From Octopus sinensis (taxonomy: Eukaryota): a stretch of DNA of 64,000 nt. The notes below the pieces were generated by a model that had not been told where the DNA came from, searched no databases, and saw only the letters and a program-made list of their open reading frames with translations. Shown here one piece after another: positions 12,909 through 24,596 of this stretch (position 1 is the stretch's first letter; each line of letters begins with the position of its first letter). The DNA lies in the NCBI RefSeq assembly GCF_006345805.1, contig NC_043003.1, forward strand, positions 51,212,001 through 51,276,000. The letters are read 5' to 3'. The translations under genes were made by a program, and so were the position numbers.

Positions 12909-13035
12909 TGAGTCCTTCGCATCATGTTTTTATTTTATTTTGATCAATTTACTCCACCACCTACACCACCAAACGGTATACACAGGTGCTTATAATTATC
13001 AAGTACTCACCCCGAATTTCTATATATATATATAC

Positions 13036-13074
<39 letters not shown>

Positions 13075-13107
13075 CATATATATACATACATATATATATA
13101 TACATAC

Positions 13108-13140
<33 letters not shown>

Positions 13141-13197
13141 CATATATATATGAAAAAACAAGTCAAAAATAGAAAATGCTAAGATGATTTTATAGTG

Positions 13198-13250
13198 AAT
13201 CTTTCAGTACCGGTTTCGGTCATTTTGAGACCTTTTCAACTGTAACGATT
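13198..13250 (-). ncRNA. Minimal type I hammerhead ribozyme, U3-A8 core variant, at the Penelope 3' end
   Basis: Minus strand reads aatcgttacag-TTGAAAA-ggtc tcaaaat gacc-GAAAC cg GTA-ctgaaagatt; stem I cag/ctg extended, stem II GGTC/GACC, palindromic ACCGGT stem III, GUA cleavage triplet. Confidence 0.75.
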
Positions 13251-13494
13251 AAATAATTAAATTTTGAAAAATTTAGAAAAATTAGAAGAAAGGTTTTTTT
13301 AAAGGAATACTTCCATAGTAGTGTTCCGATATAGGTGGCATTCTGCCTTTCTCTGACTCCCTTGTTTGCACTTGTGTATTCGAGGTTGTTGTGAGTTCTT
13401 GAGGGGGTGGTAGTGGGAAAATCTGGGCTGGTCAGTGGCGACCGGCAGTCGCTGCGTAGGCGTTATACTTAAAGACATTAGTGGGGGTAGAAGG

Positions 13495-13680
13495 TGGAGA
13501 AGAAGAAGAAGAAGAAGATGACGGTGCTGATGATGATGACGATGAAGAAGAAGAAGGAGAAGGAGAAGATGACGATGATGATGGTGGTGATGACGATGAC
13601 GACGATGATGATGATAACGATGACGACGATGATGATGATAACGATGATGATGAAGAAGAAGAAAAAAAACAGAGAAGGGA
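13495..13680. repeat. Mixed (GAA)n/(GAT/GAC)n trinucleotide tract in the Penelope 3' region
   Basis: Seen directly in the sequence. Confidence 0.9.
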
Positions 13681-15912
13681 GAATATGAATGGGTGAAGAT
13701 TTAGCTGTTTTGGGGCGATTAGTAATGGATTCTATGGAATGTAATATTTGTGTGTGTATATATATTTCTTTTATTCTTAAGTTGAGGTATATTAATTGTT
13801 TGTCGTAGACCCGTTAAGAAGTGGCCTGTATTTTATAATAAAGAGATTTTCTTTACTTATTCGTTGTCTAGAGGTTGTATCGTCCCTAAATTGGTAGAGG
13901 GGGAAAATTCTGAAGTTTGGTGTTTTTTTGTTGGCGCAAGTATCTATGTGTTGGCTAAAAGCTATTTTTCTGTTTTGGGGAATTTTTATCTGGGATCTGT
14001 GCAGGGCCATTCGTTTACGCAAACCATTTTTTGTTTGGCCTATGTACTGCTCTTGACACCCGGAGCAGGTTAGTGAGTATATTAGGTTCTCCGAAGCACA
14101 TGTGAAGTTGCTTTTCACTGTAAACCGTTGTCCCTGTTTGAAGGAGAACTCAGAACCCTCGATTAGATAGTCGCATATCCCGCAATTGGGTCTTCCACAT
14201 TTTTTTACTGTCGGCTTCTGTGTTGAAGAGTGAATTCGGGCTTGTGTTAGGAGACTTTTCATGGATCTAGGCTGTCTTTTGCTTTTTATGATCGTGTGTG
14301 TTTGGAGGATTGTGTTCATTCTGTGGTCTTTTTTTAGGAGGGGTATGTTGTGGAGGATGGTGCCGAAGGCTTCGTTATTGAGAGGGTTGTGTGTGGAGAT
14401 GTATGGTAAGGCTTTTGGTTGTAAGTTTTTCTTTGATTTGGGATGTCTCAGTTCCTTGATGTTAAGTTGAAGGGCACGTTGAATGCACTTGTCAATAAGT
14501 GAAGGTGGATAGTTCCTGGTGATAAGGGTATCTTTTAGTTCTTGTAGTCGTGTGTCTCTGGTGTTTGCGTTAGAGACTATAGTGCATATCCTTTTTGCTA
14601 GATTGAAGGGGATATTCATCCTGGTGTGTCTGGGGTGGCATGAATTGAATGGAAGATATTGCTTAGAGTCTGTAGGCTTATAGTATATGTCTGTTTCTAT
14701 TATATTATTAGCTTTCTTAATGAGGATATCGAGGAAGGGAAGTTGTTGCTGGCTATATTCCATCGTGAATTGGATGTTTACGTCCAGCCCGTTTAAAATT
14801 TCCTGGAATTCTATGAGTTTTTCTATATTTTTATATGCCAAAGAATGAAACAGTCATCTAGATATCTCTTCCAGTTGTTTTCTATGTAGATGGAGAAAGG
14901 GCTGCCATATCTTTCTAGAACCTTACGATATAGACTGATCTCTAGGTATCCTATGACTAGGTTGGCAAAGGAGGGGGCCATTCGTGTACCCATCGCAGTC
15001 CCCGATTTTTGTCGGTAGAAGTTGTCATTGAAGGCGAAGAAGTTATTTTCCAGGATGAATTTAACCCCTTCTATCACGAATTCTTTTTTGATGCGGTGTG
15101 GTAGTTCGTTGGCGTGATTCTCTAGCCAGAATTGGATTGCCTCTAGTCCTAGGTTGTGGGGGATATTGGAGTAGAGGTTGACTACATCGAAGGATACCAG
15201 TATGGTGTTTTGGTTTATAGTATTCGGTAGGTGATTGAGCATATCTAAGTCGTCCCTTATATAGCTTTTGACATGTTTGAGGAGTGGTTTTAACAGGGTG
15301 TCTAAAAAGTTACTGAGGCGGTGGGTTTCGCATGCGGGACCTGCTATTATGGGTCTCAATTTGAGGTCATTAGGATTAGGGACTTTAATTATTTTGTCTG
15401 TGGCTATCTTGCATGCGTTGCTTATTTTTTCACTTTTGTGGATCTTAGGTATACCGTAGAATTGGCTAGTTTTACTTGTGAAATTGGTCATATAATCATA
15501 TTCTTTGTCGGTGAGCCCTGCTTTGTATGGGTTAAATATGGATTTTAGTTCCCTCATTATTTTTTGTTGACTGTAGTTTTGTGCCTTTTCATAGTATGTT
15601 GTGTCTTCCAGCATAGAAAGAACCAAAGTTATGTAAAAGTCGTATCCATTAAGACAACAGCACTCCCTTTATCGGCCTCTTTGATTGTTATTGTTTTATC
15701 TTGTTTCAATTTGTTCAACTCAGCCCATTCTTTTTTGCTGAAGTTTGGTTTGTGTTTTTGTTTGTGCATATGTTGATATGGGTAATTAGATATGTGGTCA
15801 CAGAAATCATCAAGTGTTTTGTTCTTACCTTTCGAGGGGGTGTAGTTACTCCTATTTCTGGCTAACGATTCGTCCTCGTTGTATTTATCGATATATATAC
15901 ATATATATATAC

Positions 15913-15943
<31 letters not shown>

Positions 15944-16249
15944 CATATATACATATATATATATATATACATATAATATATACATATATATATATATCTA
16001 TATATATATATATATCTATATATATATCATCATCATCATCATCATCGTTTAACGTCCGTTTTCCGCGCTAGCACGGGTTGGACGGTTTGACCGGGGTCTG
16101 GGGAGCCAGGGGCTGCCCCAGGCTCCAGTCTGATCTGGCAGTGTTTCTACAGCTGGATGCCCTTCCTAACGCCAACCACTCCGTGAGTGTAGTGGGTGCT
16201 TTTTACGTGCCACCTGCACAGGTGCCAGAGGGGTCTGGCATCGGCCACG

Positions 16250-17285
16250 ATCGGTTATTGCCTTTTTTCGTTGCATTGTGGCAGAGAAAAGAGAGGGAGA
16301 GAGAGAGGGGGGGTGCATGTAATATCGGGGAGCACCAGTGGGGAAGGTTTGGGGTAAAGAGAAACGATGACAGGTAGGGTTGGTGGCAGGTTCTAGACAG
16401 AATGAAAAGTAGGAAGTAAAACGTAGGATATCACGAGTGGGGGAGGGGCCTGGAAGGAGATAACCGGTTGAGGCAGTGACACATTTCAAAACAGGAGGAA
16501 CATAAGATAACAGGTTAAGTGGGACGTTTGATGAGCTGCGGCGCTAGCTGCTTCTGTCCAGGGGGAGAGAGGCAGGGGTAAATACATAGTGAGAAAGTAT
16601 ATTGAGGAGGAGGGGTAGGAGGAACAGACACACATAGTGGTGGCGGTGGTAGAGGGGATATCCGGTGAGGATGGTGTAAACAGAGTGTCCTCCGGTATGG
16701 GTGGTGGGGGTGGGAGGGCGGGCGAACCACGAATGGTGGGCTGCGAAGATTTTGATTGGGGACAGTAGTGATAAAGACTTAAGCAATCGGGGTTTGAAGA
16801 AATGAACAGAGTAACGAACGAATTAACTTGGTACCAAGGGGTTAAACAAATTAAAGGGTTATATTTTAAGAACAAGCAGAATTAGTAAATAGATTCGAAC
16901 ATTTAAGGGTTAGCGGCAAATGTATGTGTGTAGTACAAGAGTCGGAAGAAATGAAATGAGAATTCTTAGCTTGCTTGCTATGATCATCGCTGTGTGGTCA
17001 AGAAAGGGTGAATGAAAGAGAAGCACACGAGGTGATTATTTATATAGGTTCACCGGAAGTGGGTTGGAAAGACGGATGTTTTGATTGAAGACAGGACAGG
17101 ACAGTACAGTAATGGCGGAGGATGAACGAAATATCTTCATACCGAGGCATTTTTAAAAAATTAAAGAATTTTGAGGAGGAAAGATCACGCAGGTTAGCGA
17201 ATGGTGGGCTGCGAAGATTTTGATTGAGGACAGTAGTGATAAAGACTTAAGCAATCGGGGTTTGAAGAAATGAACAGAGTAACGA
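16250..17285 (-). mobile_element. Unclassified retroelement-like fragment with an 88-bp direct repeat (16730-16817 = 17198-17285)
   Basis: Repeat copies differ by one base; C-rich minus strand; partial-tandem layout resembles PLE pseudo-LTRs. Confidence 0.4.
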
Positions 17286-17300
17286 TATATATATATATAA

Positions 17301-17362
<62 letters not shown>

Positions 17363-17365
<3 letters not shown>

Positions 17366-17669
17366 ACCGTGACCGACCAGGCTATCAGATGTTGCTACAC
17401 ATCGCTGGTCACAATGCGTTTCGCATTGTTTTAGCCTTCAAATGATGCCACCCCGCTGGCTAAGTGAGCTGGCCAACAGAAGAAAGAGTGAGAGAAAGTT
17501 GTGGTGAAAGAATACAGCAGGGACCACCACCACCACCCCCTGTCAGAGCCTCGTGTAGCTTTAGGTGTTTTTGCTCAATAAACACTTACAACGCCCGGTC
17601 TGGGAATTGAAACCACAATCCTACGACTGCGAGTCCACTGCCCTAACCACTGGGCCATTGCGCCTCCAC
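17363..17669 (-). mobile_element. Full-length young tRNA-derived SINE
   Basis: tRNA-like head GGCGCAATGGCCCAGTGGTTAGGGCAGTGGACTCGCAG...GGTTTCAATTCCCAG with A/B boxes; ends in (TA)n. Confidence 0.8.
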
Positions 17670-17681
17670 ACACACACACAC

Positions 17682-17782
<101 letters not shown>

Positions 17783-18456
17783 ACTGTTCCATAATAGGTA
17801 AAGTCAACAAACGAAACATTTCTCAATCCAGTGGGAAGTAAATATACAGAGGATATTAAACTACTACTATTTTCTTCATGCCTCAGAAAATACAATAGTC
17901 AGACAAGCTATACAAGTTTGTCCAGTCATTGTGTTTTTTTGAGACATGAAACGAATAGTAGCTCACATTTAAATCCTATGTATATTAAATGACATATCTT
18001 TATATATACACACTCACACACAGCTTTCTTTGTGAGTAGTTCTGTATTAATTTTTAACAGTTTGAATGACTAGACAAATCAGTGACTCACTGATCTATTG
18101 TTCCAAGTAGGCCATACATCTGCAGGTCACACCTACATGTATTATTTAATCATTTTTAATGGTTTTCAGATTTGACACTTTTTAATCTCCTTAAAACTTC
18201 CTGTATCATTGATATTTAACCCATTTTTCTGGATATCAATATAGGGCAGGGGACATAAGGAAGCTAAAAAATTTAAAGCGTGTGTATGTGTGGCACATAA
18301 AAAGCGCCCAGCACACTCTGTAAGATGGTTGGCATTAGGAAGAGCATCCAGCTGTTGAAACGTTGCCACAGCAGACAATTTGAAGTCTGGACAGCTCCTG
18401 TCAAATTGTTCAACCCTTGTCAACATGGAAAAGGAATGTTAAATGATGATGATATA

Positions 18457-18821
18457 TAGGTACGACTGTGTGGTAAGAAGCTTGCTTCTCAACTACATGG
18501 TTCCAGGTTCAGTCCCAATGCATGGTACTTTGGGGAAGTGTCTTCTACTATAGCCTCAGGCCAACCAAAGCCTTGTGAGTGGATTTGGTAGACAGAAAAC
18601 TGAAAGCAGCCTGTCAAATGTTTGTGTGTGTGTTTATGTCTGTGTTTGTCCCCCTATCACTTCTTGACAGCTGGTGTTGGTGTGTTTACATCCCTGCAAC
18701 TTAGCAGCTTAGCAAAAGAGACTGATAGAATAAGTACTGGGTTTTAAAAAATAAGTCCTGCAAGGTAGTGCTCCAGCATAGCAGCAGTCAAATGACTGAA
18801 ACAAGTAAAAGAATAAAAGAA
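18457..18821 (+). mobile_element. tRNA/CORE-type SINE (octopus OR-like)
   Basis: tggtaagaagcttgct head, ctttggggaagtgtcttctactatagc CORE-like block, gactgaaacaagtaaaaga tail. Confidence 0.75.
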
Positions 18822-19703
18822 TATACACACACACACATGCACACCAAATGAAAGGATAACTGACTGGGAAAGTATAGCAGTTACTGGTTTAAGCCATTGT
18901 AGTTTAGTTAGTTTTCTTAATCTAATTAAATTACTGTATATATTGAGATTATAAGCTGAAGTTTTTGTAATAACCATCTCTTAAAGATACAAAAGAGAAT
19001 GAAAAAATAGGGCCTTATATTTGGGCCCTTAAAAGTTTCTATTTTTCTTCAAGACTAGTAAGAACTTTGTAAGGAACCAAATATGCAGTGACCCCATATT
19101 CCATAACTTGTTTTTTACTTTATTTGTGTGTGTGTGTGTGTGTGGTGATGGTGGTGGTAGGAGGGGAGTATTTGCAAAAGGGGGAAAATTAAAATAATGC
19201 TTCACATGCAGATGCCGCTGTATGGTTAAGAAGCTTGCTTCCCAACCATGTGGTCACAGGTTCAGTCCCATTGCATAATATTTTGGGCAATTACTTTCTA
19301 CCATAGTCCTGGGCCAACTAAATCCTTATAAGTGGTAATTTTGTTGGTGGAAACTGAAGAAAGCCCATCATGTATAAATACATCACCATCCGAACGTGGC
19401 CAATGCCAGCGCTGCCTTGACTGGCTTCTGTGCCGGTAGCACGTAAAAAGCACCATCCGAACGTGGCCGATGCCAGCGCCGCCTTGACTGGCTTCTGTGC
19501 TGGTGGCACGTAAAAAGCACCAACCGATCGTGTCTGCTGCCAGCCTCCCCTGGCATGTAAAAAGCACCCACTACACTCACGGAGTGGTTGGTGTTAGGAA
19601 GGGCATCCAGCTGGAGCCTGGTGCAGCCTCCTGGCTTCCCAGACCCCAGTCAAACCGTCCAACCCGTGCTAGCACGGAAAACGAACATTAAACGATGATG
19701 ATG

Positions 19704-19734
<31 letters not shown>

Positions 19735-20153
19735 TGGCATTAGGAAAGGCAGCCAGCCATAGAAATCATGCCACGACAGACAGTTGGAGTCTGGACCGCT
19801 TCCTGCTCACCATCTCCATGTCAAATCATCCAACTGATGCCAGCATGGAAAGAGGACATTAAACGATGATGATGATGCATATGTATGAATGTGTGTGTGT
19901 ATAAAAATATTTGTGTTTATGTGTGTCCTTGTCTAGATATCATGATTGTTGTAAATAGGCATCATTGTCATACAAATGAGGTTGTTCATTTCCAGTTTTC
20001 CATGGGAGACATGTCTAGCTATAGGAAAATATTGCTTTGCTTGGAAACGGGAGAGGGTTGGCAATGGGAAAAGCATCCAGTGTAGAAATTATGACTCAAC
20101 GAATTCCATATGACCCATGCAAGTATGGAAAAGTGGATGTTAAGTTACAATGG

Positions 20154-20722
20154 TATTGGGTTGTCCAGAAAGTTCGTGCTGATTTTTAAAGGAAAGAAAA
20201 CGGTCAATAAATACTTGCCATTACATTTTCAATCAACCAAATATGAACCATTTTGTTGCACAATGCATCTCCATCTTTCCTTTAACTTGAAAATACCCTC
20301 TTCCCAGAATTGAGGTGGTTTCATGGTAAAGAATTCATCAAGGTATCTTTTTACGTCATCCAAGGAATTGAAATTTTTACCATTAAGACTATTCTGCAGA
20401 GACCTGAATAAGTGGAAATCCGAAGGAGCAATATTTGGTGAATATTGAGGGTGGGGTAATACATCCCAGCTGAGCTGCAGCAATTTTTGTCTGGTTTTCA
20501 AAGCATCAAGTGCCGAAAATGAACTTTCTTATCTTCCATTTTAAAGGGTTACAGAATTAACACAGGTTATAGGAAGATAAACCTTCTTCCATGAAAAGAT
20601 AGTTTAAACTGTGCTCTAAATAGGGTGTAGTCAAATCCTATTTTATGGACTCAACCATGTTCTAAAATAAGTCGAAAGGTAAGCTGATATAAATCGGCAC
20701 GAACTTTCCGGACAACCCAATA
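20154..20722 (-). mobile_element. Internally deleted mariner with both TIRs
   Basis: TIR tattgggttgtccRgaaagttcgtgcYgattt at both ends (2 mismatches in 32); ORF LPHPQYSPNIAPSDFHLFRSLQNSL. Confidence 0.9.
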
Positions 20723-20748
20723 GTTTACAACCATTTATGATACTTAAT

Positions 20749-20977
20749 TTAACCCTTTAGCATTCAGATTATTCTGTCAAATGAAATGCTTATCTATTCA
20801 CATTGCTTTGAATTAATTGTGAATTATCTCATAGTTTTGAGATTTCAGTGATATGATTGTTTACTTTTAGAATGACAATGTAGGGTAGATGTAAGAGGCT
20901 GGACCTGGCCAGTTTGAACAATAAATACCGATAGAATATTTGGGCCAGATATGGCCAGTTTGAATGCTAAATTGTTA
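20749..20977 (+). mobile_element. TTAA-flanked MITE (piggyBac-like ends TTAACCCTTTAGCATT)
   Basis: Related copies at 32467-32680 (reverse) and 51977-52205. Confidence 0.65.
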
Positions 20978-21046
20978 TGGTCTGTTTAGAAATACATTAT
21001 CTTATTTGTTATCTAATTACTACCTGTGAATTAATTTATTTGGCAG

Positions 21047-21147
21047 CATATATTAAGACGTGAAGAGAACTGGAATGCCTGGAAAAATGAAGGTTGTCCT
21101 CTATTTGAACGTCATGGTGGTGCTGGTGATATAAGGTCTAAAAATAA
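21047..21147 (+). CDS. THOC1: THOC1 coding exon (HILRREENWNAWKNEGCPLFERHGGAGDIRSKN)
   Basis: tggcag/GTAAGT; conserved HIL..EENWN.WKNEGCP motif. Confidence 0.95.
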
Positions 21148-21360
21148 GTAAGTTTATGTTTACTCTATGTATTACTTCTACACTGTAACTATGTTGTGCT
21201 AGGAGCCATTGTCGCACAAGCTTTTGAAACCTTTGCCTGCTTTGCATATTAATGAGTTTTCAGTTTCCTTTCTGTTTCAAAATTTACTTGTATTACATGG
21301 GTTTAATTTTTACTTTACTATATCTGCTGCATATAATGGTTTTGTGTATGTGTGTGTATG

Positions 21361-21403
<43 letters not shown>

Positions 21404-22789
21404 GTGCAGGCATGACTGTGTTGCTAAGAAGCTTATTTCCCATTCATGTGGCCTTAGGGTCACTGCCACTGTACAGTACCTTGGACAAATGTCTTCTGCT
21501 ATAGCTCCAGGCTGACCAAAGCCTGTGAGTGAATTTTGGTGTATGTGTCTGTGTGTGTGCACGCACATGCGTACTCTTGTCTTGACATCATGTGATGATT
21601 GTAAACAAACATCACTATCATACAAGTGACGTTGTTTGTATCTGTCTTCCATGGAGAAATATTACCTTATTTCTTAAGCATAAGCATTGGTAACAGGAAA
21701 GGGCATCTGGCCATAGAAAATCTACCTCAGTGAATTCTATCTGTTCTATGCAAGATGGGGAAGTGGACATTGAATGATGATGTGGTACTAAGATTACGAA
21801 TATTTCAAAATTACACAGATATGACTGGTAAACAGACATAGAAGTATTGTTTCAAGAGTTTCATTTAATTTTCTACTACATCTTCCAGCTGCACCTCTGT
21901 GCTCCTGAGATGTGTATAGCATTACGTTTTGGAGATGTAGATTTGTGTTAGTATATTACATCAATTTGCATTGCTCATGCTAGTGGCACATAAAAAGCAC
22001 CTTTCAAGCATTGGACCTCACGGAGGCAATGTGGCTGATGCTGGTATTGTGTAACCAGCACTTTTCAAGTGTTGGGCCTCACAGAAGCAATGTGGCTGTT
22101 GCCGGTGTCATGTGGCTTGCACCTGTGCTGGTGGCACATAAAAAGTGCTTTTCAAGCATTGGGCCTCATGACAAATGCCTGAGACCTTTTGAAATATGAT
22201 GTACTTGAGAAGACCTATCAAGCCAAGTGCAATCATAGTCATGGCAGATACTGGTGTCATGCAACTGGCACCCATGCCGGTGGCACATAAAAACACCCAC
22301 TACTTCTTGGAGTGGTTGGTACTAGGAAGGGCATCCAGCCATAGAAACCATGCCAAATCAGACTGGAATCTGTTGCGGCCTCTCAGCTTACCAACCCTGG
22401 TCAAAACCGTCCAACCCATGCCAGCATAGACAATGGATGCTAAATGATGATGATGATAATGGGGATTAGTTTGTTGTTTCTGGTGTTATTTCAGTGTTTA
22501 CTCTGTCATGTACAGTATGTGCAGAGTATGTTGTGTTGTTTTGTTTGGTGATTAAGTTTCATATCTACTGTTGATTGGTGTTATGTGTTATGCTGACAGA
22601 TGGTTATTATGTATAGTTTGTGTGGAATTAATGAACTGTGACTATGTAGAACGTGAAGTGTGCGGTTGTTAGTGTTGTAATGTCAGGTATTAGTTATGTA
22701 GGAATCTGTGTGTGTTGTCATGTTGTTAGGTGGAGATCATGTATAGTACATGTTTTGTTCTGTATGTAGCACGTGTGGTTAGGTGTGTG

Positions 22790-23520
22790 CTGTGTGCAGA
22801 GAGTGTTCTATTTCAAGTTGTACTATTGAACTGAAAATGTGTTGCACAGATTGTGTGCTGTACCTAACAGAGCCACTTTTGAACTGTGTGTTCCAAAGTT
22901 TTGGTATGGCTTGTATGTTTTTGCTCACATTGCTTTTTATCATATCCAGTGTTATAACTGTCACTCTGGCTTACTTCTATTTCAAGATCCTTGTATTTAC
23001 ATAGTTTCTCTACCTCTTCCCATGCAATGTTTTAGCCAAAGGGGGACTGCGACGTCTATCAGTGTGTTCATATTTTCTTTCCAGTCCTTCATTATTAATT
23101 TTAAACAGTTTGCCTTGATTTCCTTGTCACTTTGAATAGACACATCCAAAATGATTAGAACTAGGTTATTGTCATGTGCCATGTTTGGTTCATATCGTAT
23201 ACCCTTTCTTGTCTGTTTTCATTGAAGTGCTGGCATATTGTTCAGTCAACATTGCTACCAAATCTATCATATCTGTGTTTATATATTCACATTTGGTAAG
23301 GAATTGGTAGATGGACACATGTTTGGCCATCTCATTGCACTATAATTTGTGCATAACATTAGCAACTTCTTTTACTCTTTTATCTTTGTAGTTGTTTGTG
23401 GCTAAACATTGGTCTTCTGTAGCTAACATCAAACCTTCTGTGTTTGCTTTTTGCCTCAACTTTTTGAGCCTTGTTGGTTTTTCACTCTGTCAAGCCTTCC
23501 AAGATATTAGCCCTGGAGTG
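22790..23520 (-). mobile_element. R4/Dong-like non-LTR remnant (restriction-like endonuclease region)
   Basis: IILDVSIQSDKEIKAN..LIMKD.KEN..LIDVAVP resembles the WDF.IQTD....NRPDI...LIDVAVP motif; heavily mutated. Confidence 0.6.
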
Positions 23521-24596
23521 AATTTTCTCACCAATTTTTTCCTTCAGTCATCATCATCATCATCGTTTAACGTCCGCTTTCCATATTGGCATGGGTTAGA
23601 CAGTTTGACTGGCGACTGGCGAGCCAGATGGCTGCACCAGGCTCCAATCTGATCTGGCAGAGCTTCTACAGCAGGATGTCCGTCCTAATGCCAACCACTC
23701 CGAGAGTGTAGTGGGTGCTTTTACATGCCACCTGCATGAGGGCCTGTCAGGCAGTACTGGCAACGACCACACTCAAATGGTGTTTTTTACGTGCCACCTG
23801 CACAGGAGCCAGGCCAGTGGCACTTACAACGACCTCGCTCGAATGTTGTTTTTCACGTGCCTCTGGCACAAGTGCCATTAAAGCGACGCTGGTGACAATC
23901 ACGCTCAAATGGTGCTTTTTACGTACCACCGACCGGGGGGGGGGGGGCAATCAGTGGCCCTGGCAACGATCACGCTCAGATGGTGCTCTTACTGCTCCAC
24001 TAGCATGGATGCCAGTCTTGCAGTGCTGTCATTGAATTTGTTTTGAAAATCTGTTTTGAATTTCTCAATTATATTTTCTGTACACTTCAGCTGTATTTTA
24101 GCTGAAATGGATAGCATATAATAATAATAAAAATAATAATAATTGCAGTAGCTAATGTATTTATGCCCACAATACTTGATGACATATAAGACACTTTTTT
24201 TTATCCAAAAATGTTTAAAAAATAATTGGTCCAGGTGCTATATGCAAAATTAGGCTCCCTATAAGCTAATTTTGTCTAAAAACTTTTTTCCTGAATGTGT
24301 GTTGTTGATAGTGGGGTACATCTTTTATGTCATCAAAAACAGTCCTTTTCCAAAACAGAACACACTACCAGAAATAAGATAGTAAGATATAAATATGCCA
24401 CCATTCCAATTATTAGCAGACTCATTAAAGAATATTAATTGTATTAGCTCTTTACATTCTAATTTCAAATACTACCAATTTCAACTTGTCCTTGATCCTT
24501 CTAGAATCAATAAAATAACGTCAGTTACTGGGGTCAGTATAATCCACTGTTCCTCTCCCTCCAAATTTCTTTTTGCCTTTGTTAGAAACTATCAAT

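Larger units (their letters stand above)
11301..12938. repeat. Palindrome 3: arms of about 800 bp, spacer of about 36 bp (12103-12138)
   Basis: Near-perfect reverse complement across the whole length; same family as palindromes 1 and 2 but extends further into the element. Confidence 0.9.
13152..15888 (-). mobile_element. Penelope-like retroelement (RT + GIY-YIG endonuclease), 5'-truncated, two frameshifts, antisense in THOC1 intron
   Basis: ORF pieces 15629-15888 (EADKG), 14823-15626 (GIPKIHK, LRPII, FDVVNLY, GTAMG, RYLDD) and 13792-14841 (LPFLD, YKPTD, NLIYSLTC..C..QYIGQT..LRKRM). Confidence 0.93.

Noticed and set aside
13481-13696. Poly-Asp/Glu ORF
   Set aside because: A trinucleotide tract antisense within the Penelope 3' region; no splice or codon evidence.
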